From positions 1-59,227 of the IMG/VR virus record IMGVR_UViG_3300044723_010613: a DNA stretch of 59,227 bases. One strand, 5' to 3'. Made by a program: the position numbers and the translations under genes. The notes below the pieces were generated by a model that saw only the letters and a list, made by a program, of their open reading frames with translations, did not search any database and was not told the DNA's origin. Positions 56,238 through 59,227 of this stretch are shown here, piece after piece; within the stretch, counting starts at the first letter, position 1, and each line of letters opens with the position of its first letter. Source of the DNA: a virus (Duplodnaviria; Caudoviricetes).

Positions 56238-57123
56238 GGCTTGTATATCATATATTTCTTCTCGCGCTCAATGCATTGGTTATTCGTTAAAGTCTTTGGA
56301 GGACAATTTTAATCATAAGTATAATTATCCTGTATACGTTCATTACTTTGACGATATATACTCTAATCCAGAGTTACTTAAAAATACGAGAAAGGAAATA
56401 AGTTCTTCCGTTGAGTTTGTGCCTATAGAATACAAAACTCCTGACCATGTAAGAAAAGAAGATTTGTATTTTAATCGTGACTTATGGTATGCTAAAACTC
56501 ACTTCCCTATTCAAAGAATTGGTTATTTACATATGTGCAATTTTGTTAGTAATATGTATAAATATCCTAACACTAAAATTCATGAGCACGATTATGTAAT
56601 GGTTCATGACGATGAGGCTGGATATAACTTAGAGCTTCCTTATAATCCTTTTGAAATACTCTCTGAAAGGGAAGAGTATTTAGGAGCATTTAAATCTGGT
56701 CAAAGACTTAAAAACGGCATGCCTCATCAAGGACATATAGATACTAGAATTGGTCTACTTGATTTAACAATTGAGTTTGTCGAAAAATATAATATAAAAC
56801 CAAAAAATAAAAGACTTCTAGAGCTTTTGGGTAGAGATACTCCATCAGAATATGATTTTCATTTTCTTGATTGGTGTGATACTTATGTACTGAAGACTGA
56901 AATGTTTAAAACTAATCTTTGGAAGCTTTGGATAAAAGAAGTTAATGAGAATGGCGGTATTTACAAATATCGCTGGGGAGATAATGAAATAATTAGCCTA
57001 TTTGCTCATTTTGTTCAGGAAGAGATTTTTGATTTCAGAGCTGTAGAAGAAGGTTATCATGATTTAGGTAAATTTAGAAGTTTACAAGACACGGCCCCTA
57101 GCGTAAAAGATCTACACAAATAA
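56224..57123 (+). CDS. GT15-like (KRE2/Mnt1 alpha-1,2-mannosyltransferase-like) protein
   Basis: SL..NFN....YP, GYLHMCNF, GGIYKYRWGD. Confidence 0.7.
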   Translation: MKKFKACISYISSRAQCIGYSLKSLEDNFNHKYNYPVYVHYFDDIYSNPELLKNTRKEISSSVEFVPIEYKTPDHVRKEDLYFNRDLWYAKTHFPIQRIGYLHMCNFVSNMYKYPNTKIHEHDYVMVHDDEAGYNLELPYNPFEILSEREEYLGAFKSGQRLKNGMPHQGHIDTRIGLLDLTIEFVEKYNIKPKNKRLLELLGRDTPSEYDFHFLDWCDTYVLKTEMFKTNLWKLWIKEVNENGGIYKYRWGDNEIISLFAHFVQEEIFDFRAVEEGYHDLGKFRSLQDTAPSVKDLHK

Positions 57124-57138
57124 AACAGTACAGTTTTT

Positions 57139-58080
57139 ATGAAATATTTTATAATAGAGCCTCACATAAATTATACTAGCTTTTCATATTATTCTACCTT
57201 TGTTAATGAGTTATGTAAAAATGAAAATACAGTTGTTTCTACTGATACAAAATCTTTAAATGAGTTTTGTCTAAAATCAGATAAATCAGATTGTATATTT
57301 TTAGGTTTAGGGTTCTTTGACAACCCTAAGTCTTTTTGTAATAATTATTTTACTTCTTTTGCCGAAAGCGACGCCTTAAAAGTGGCATACATACATAAGG
57401 TAAAAAACGAATACCAAGAAAAAATAAATTTCTGCAAGGCTCATAAAGTAGATTTAATTTTAACATCAACGCCCTTAGCCGAAGAAATACAGCAGGACTC
57501 TGGAATTCCTACTTTTACATTACCTTATGGAGCTAACCCTGAAGCGTTCTACACTAATTCTAATATAGAAAAAAAATATGATATCAGTTTTAGTGGAGCT
57601 ATGCATGAAAATAAACATGGGGTACCAGATGAATTAAAAAATATAAGATTTAAAGCTAGAGACATAATAAAAGAAAGAAAAGATTTATCTGTTTTCTGGA
57701 ATGGGTCTGATAACCCTAGCCAATCTTATAGGATGTCTCAAATAGAGTATGTTGAAAAATTAAACCAGAGTAAAATTTGGTATGCTGCTACAGGGCCTGC
57801 TTGGGATATGAATCCTCGTCATTCTGAGATTTTATTTTGTGGAGCTGTTTTACTTACTAATGAAACCCCTAGTGGCTATTATGATCAATGGGAGGATGGA
57901 TTTAACTGTGTTCGATATAAGACAGACTTGTCAAACCTGAACGAAAAAATAAATGAAGCATTGGAAAAACAAGAAATTATAATTAAAAATGCATATAATT
58001 TTGCATCAGAGAATTTAACCCCCAATAAAATTTACGAAAGATTTAAATGGATAACAAAGCAAATTTCAGAGAAGCTCTAA
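57139..58080 (+). CDS. GT-B glycosyltransferase (CgeB/Glyco_trans_1_2-like)
   Basis: LPYGANP..F, KKYDISFSG, Y...LNQSKI, R..EI..CGA.LLT. Confidence 0.75.
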   Translation: MKYFIIEPHINYTSFSYYSTFVNELCKNENTVVSTDTKSLNEFCLKSDKSDCIFLGLGFFDNPKSFCNNYFTSFAESDALKVAYIHKVKNEYQEKINFCKAHKVDLILTSTPLAEEIQQDSGIPTFTLPYGANPEAFYTNSNIEKKYDISFSGAMHENKHGVPDELKNIRFKARDIIKERKDLSVFWNGSDNPSQSYRMSQIEYVEKLNQSKIWYAATGPAWDMNPRHSEILFCGAVLLTNETPSGYYDQWEDGFNCVRYKTDLSNLNEKINEALEKQEIIIKNAYNFASENLTPNKIYERFKWITKQISEKL

Positions 58081-58901
58081 AACTTATAGAAATAGAGATT
58101 TTTTCTTTTTGTAACAGAAAGTGTTGGTTTTGCCCTAATTCTTATGTAGATCGCATTTCCGAAACGACTTTTATGGATGAAGATGTATATCTAGGTTTAA
58201 TTAAACAGCTTCAAGAAATAGATTACTCAGGAGAGCTAACGTATAGTAGATATAACGAACCTCTTGCCTACCGAGAGGTTATTACAAAAAGAATTAAGCA
58301 GGCTCGGGAGATGCTGCCTAACGCAACTTTAAGAACAAATACTAACGGTGATTACATAACTCGAGACTATATAGAAGAGCTCTGTGATATTGGTTTAGAC
58401 CAATTATGGATTCAACAATATTTAGCAAACGAAGAAAGGTATGAGCATTCTAAAGTTAAAGATAAAATGCTAACCAAACTTGAGAAAATTGGTTTACCTT
58501 ATAAAAATCTTGTTGATATAGACGGCTGTAAAATAGAGTACGACCTTTCACATAAAAACACTACTATCCATTTAAGAGCTAGAAACTTTTCACTAGATGG
58601 GTCTAGTCGAGGCGGCGTTGTCCCAATCGCAGAAGACTACACCAGAACACAGCGATGTCTCCAGCCATTTCACAACATGTATATTGATTACAATGGTCAT
58701 GTTATGGTTTGCTGTGCTTTAAGGTCAGATGTAGAGCCTTATGATGAGGGCAGAATGGGTCATATAAATCAAGGTAAACTATGGGATATATATGCAAGTG
58801 ATATGTATAAACCTTGGAGAGATCACCATAAAGAAGACGGCCCCAAAGAAGGAGTTTGCAAAACGTGCCGAGATAATGTTAAGCCATCTTATTTACAATG
58901 A
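58047..58901 (+). CDS. Radical SAM protein with SPASM/twitch domain
   Basis: CNRKCWFC (CX3CX2C), NEPL, TNG, C..PF....IDYNG.V..CC, CKTC. Confidence 0.9.
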   Translation: MDNKANFREALKLIEIEIFSFCNRKCWFCPNSYVDRISETTFMDEDVYLGLIKQLQEIDYSGELTYSRYNEPLAYREVITKRIKQAREMLPNATLRTNTNGDYITRDYIEELCDIGLDQLWIQQYLANEERYEHSKVKDKMLTKLEKIGLPYKNLVDIDGCKIEYDLSHKNTTIHLRARNFSLDGSSRGGVVPIAEDYTRTQRCLQPFHNMYIDYNGHVMVCCALRSDVEPYDEGRMGHINQGKLWDIYASDMYKPWRDHHKEDGPKEGVCKTCRDNVKPSYLQ

Positions 58902-59227
58902 AAACAGCAGTATTAATAACAGGCCAGCTTAGAGATTATAAAGTTAATTATCTTAATCATGTTAAACACTTGATAGAACCTAATAACGCAGATGTTTTTG
59001 TTTACGCCTGTACCCAAAATACTATTCATAGCTGCGGTAAGAGTTTAGACCAAAAATATTATAGAACTGCTCATTATAGCAAAGATGAGATAACTGATAA
59101 TGTAAGTGAAATATATGGCAATCATTTAAAAGTAATTCAGGTAGATGACAACGAGAAGTTAACAGAGGATGATTTTGGAACTCTTGGGTACTTTAGAACA
59201 AGAATGCAGAATCAGATAGATAATATA
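58898..59227 (+). CDS. Putative glycosyltransferase-like protein, 3'-truncated
   Basis: MKTAVLITGQLR..ADVFVYA; open to the window end. Confidence 0.6.
   Translation, partial: MKTAVLITGQLRDYKVNYLNHVKHLIEPNNADVFVYACTQNTIHSCGKSLDQKYYRTAHYSKDEITDNVSEIYGNHLKVIQVDDNEKLTEDDFGTLGYFRTRMQNQIDNI

Noticed and set aside
1-59227. CRISPR array, tRNA genes, integrase or transposase
   Set aside because: No regularly spaced repeats, cloverleaf or recombinase motifs seen by eye
1-59227. Stop-codon reassignment
   Set aside because: Coding density is high and long genes are intact under the standard code; TAA, TAG and TGA all end genes

Overview
AT-rich fragment of a large tailed dsDNA phage (Caudoviricetes) read in the standard code; host unknown. 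It has a long non-contractile tail: no sheath gene, and a lambda/T5-like tail tip. Left to right: glycosyltransferase (GT) cluster (1-3968); holin-like gene; head module (protease with nested scaffold, decoration protein, major capsid); fiber and LamG adhesins; neck, tail tube, chaperones and a 2117-aa tape measure (TMP); an inverted M-L-K-I-J tail-tip operon; three tail-tube paralogues plus a 1101-aa IPT/TIG protein; a DUF2589 pair; nrdJ, hsp20, dUTPase; a structured noncoding island; dNMP kinase, a phage sigma factor and a second GT/radical-SAM cluster. Terminase and portal are not in the window. Main leads: (1) the TMP looks like a segmented polyprotein, with four G[FY][VI]PNF repeats and a PD-(D/E)xK nuclease-like insert; (2) about 13 GT-like genes plus strong directional [S/T]-G enrichment in outer virion proteins suggest a virion glycan-coat system; (3) three two-domain tube paralogues; (4) a ~280-nt candidate ncRNA; (5) a GTGTA late-promoter motif that also drives the DUF2589 pair and an internal scaffold gene; (6) a sigma54 promoter on hsp20. 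All family calls come from reading motifs by eye, not from database searches.
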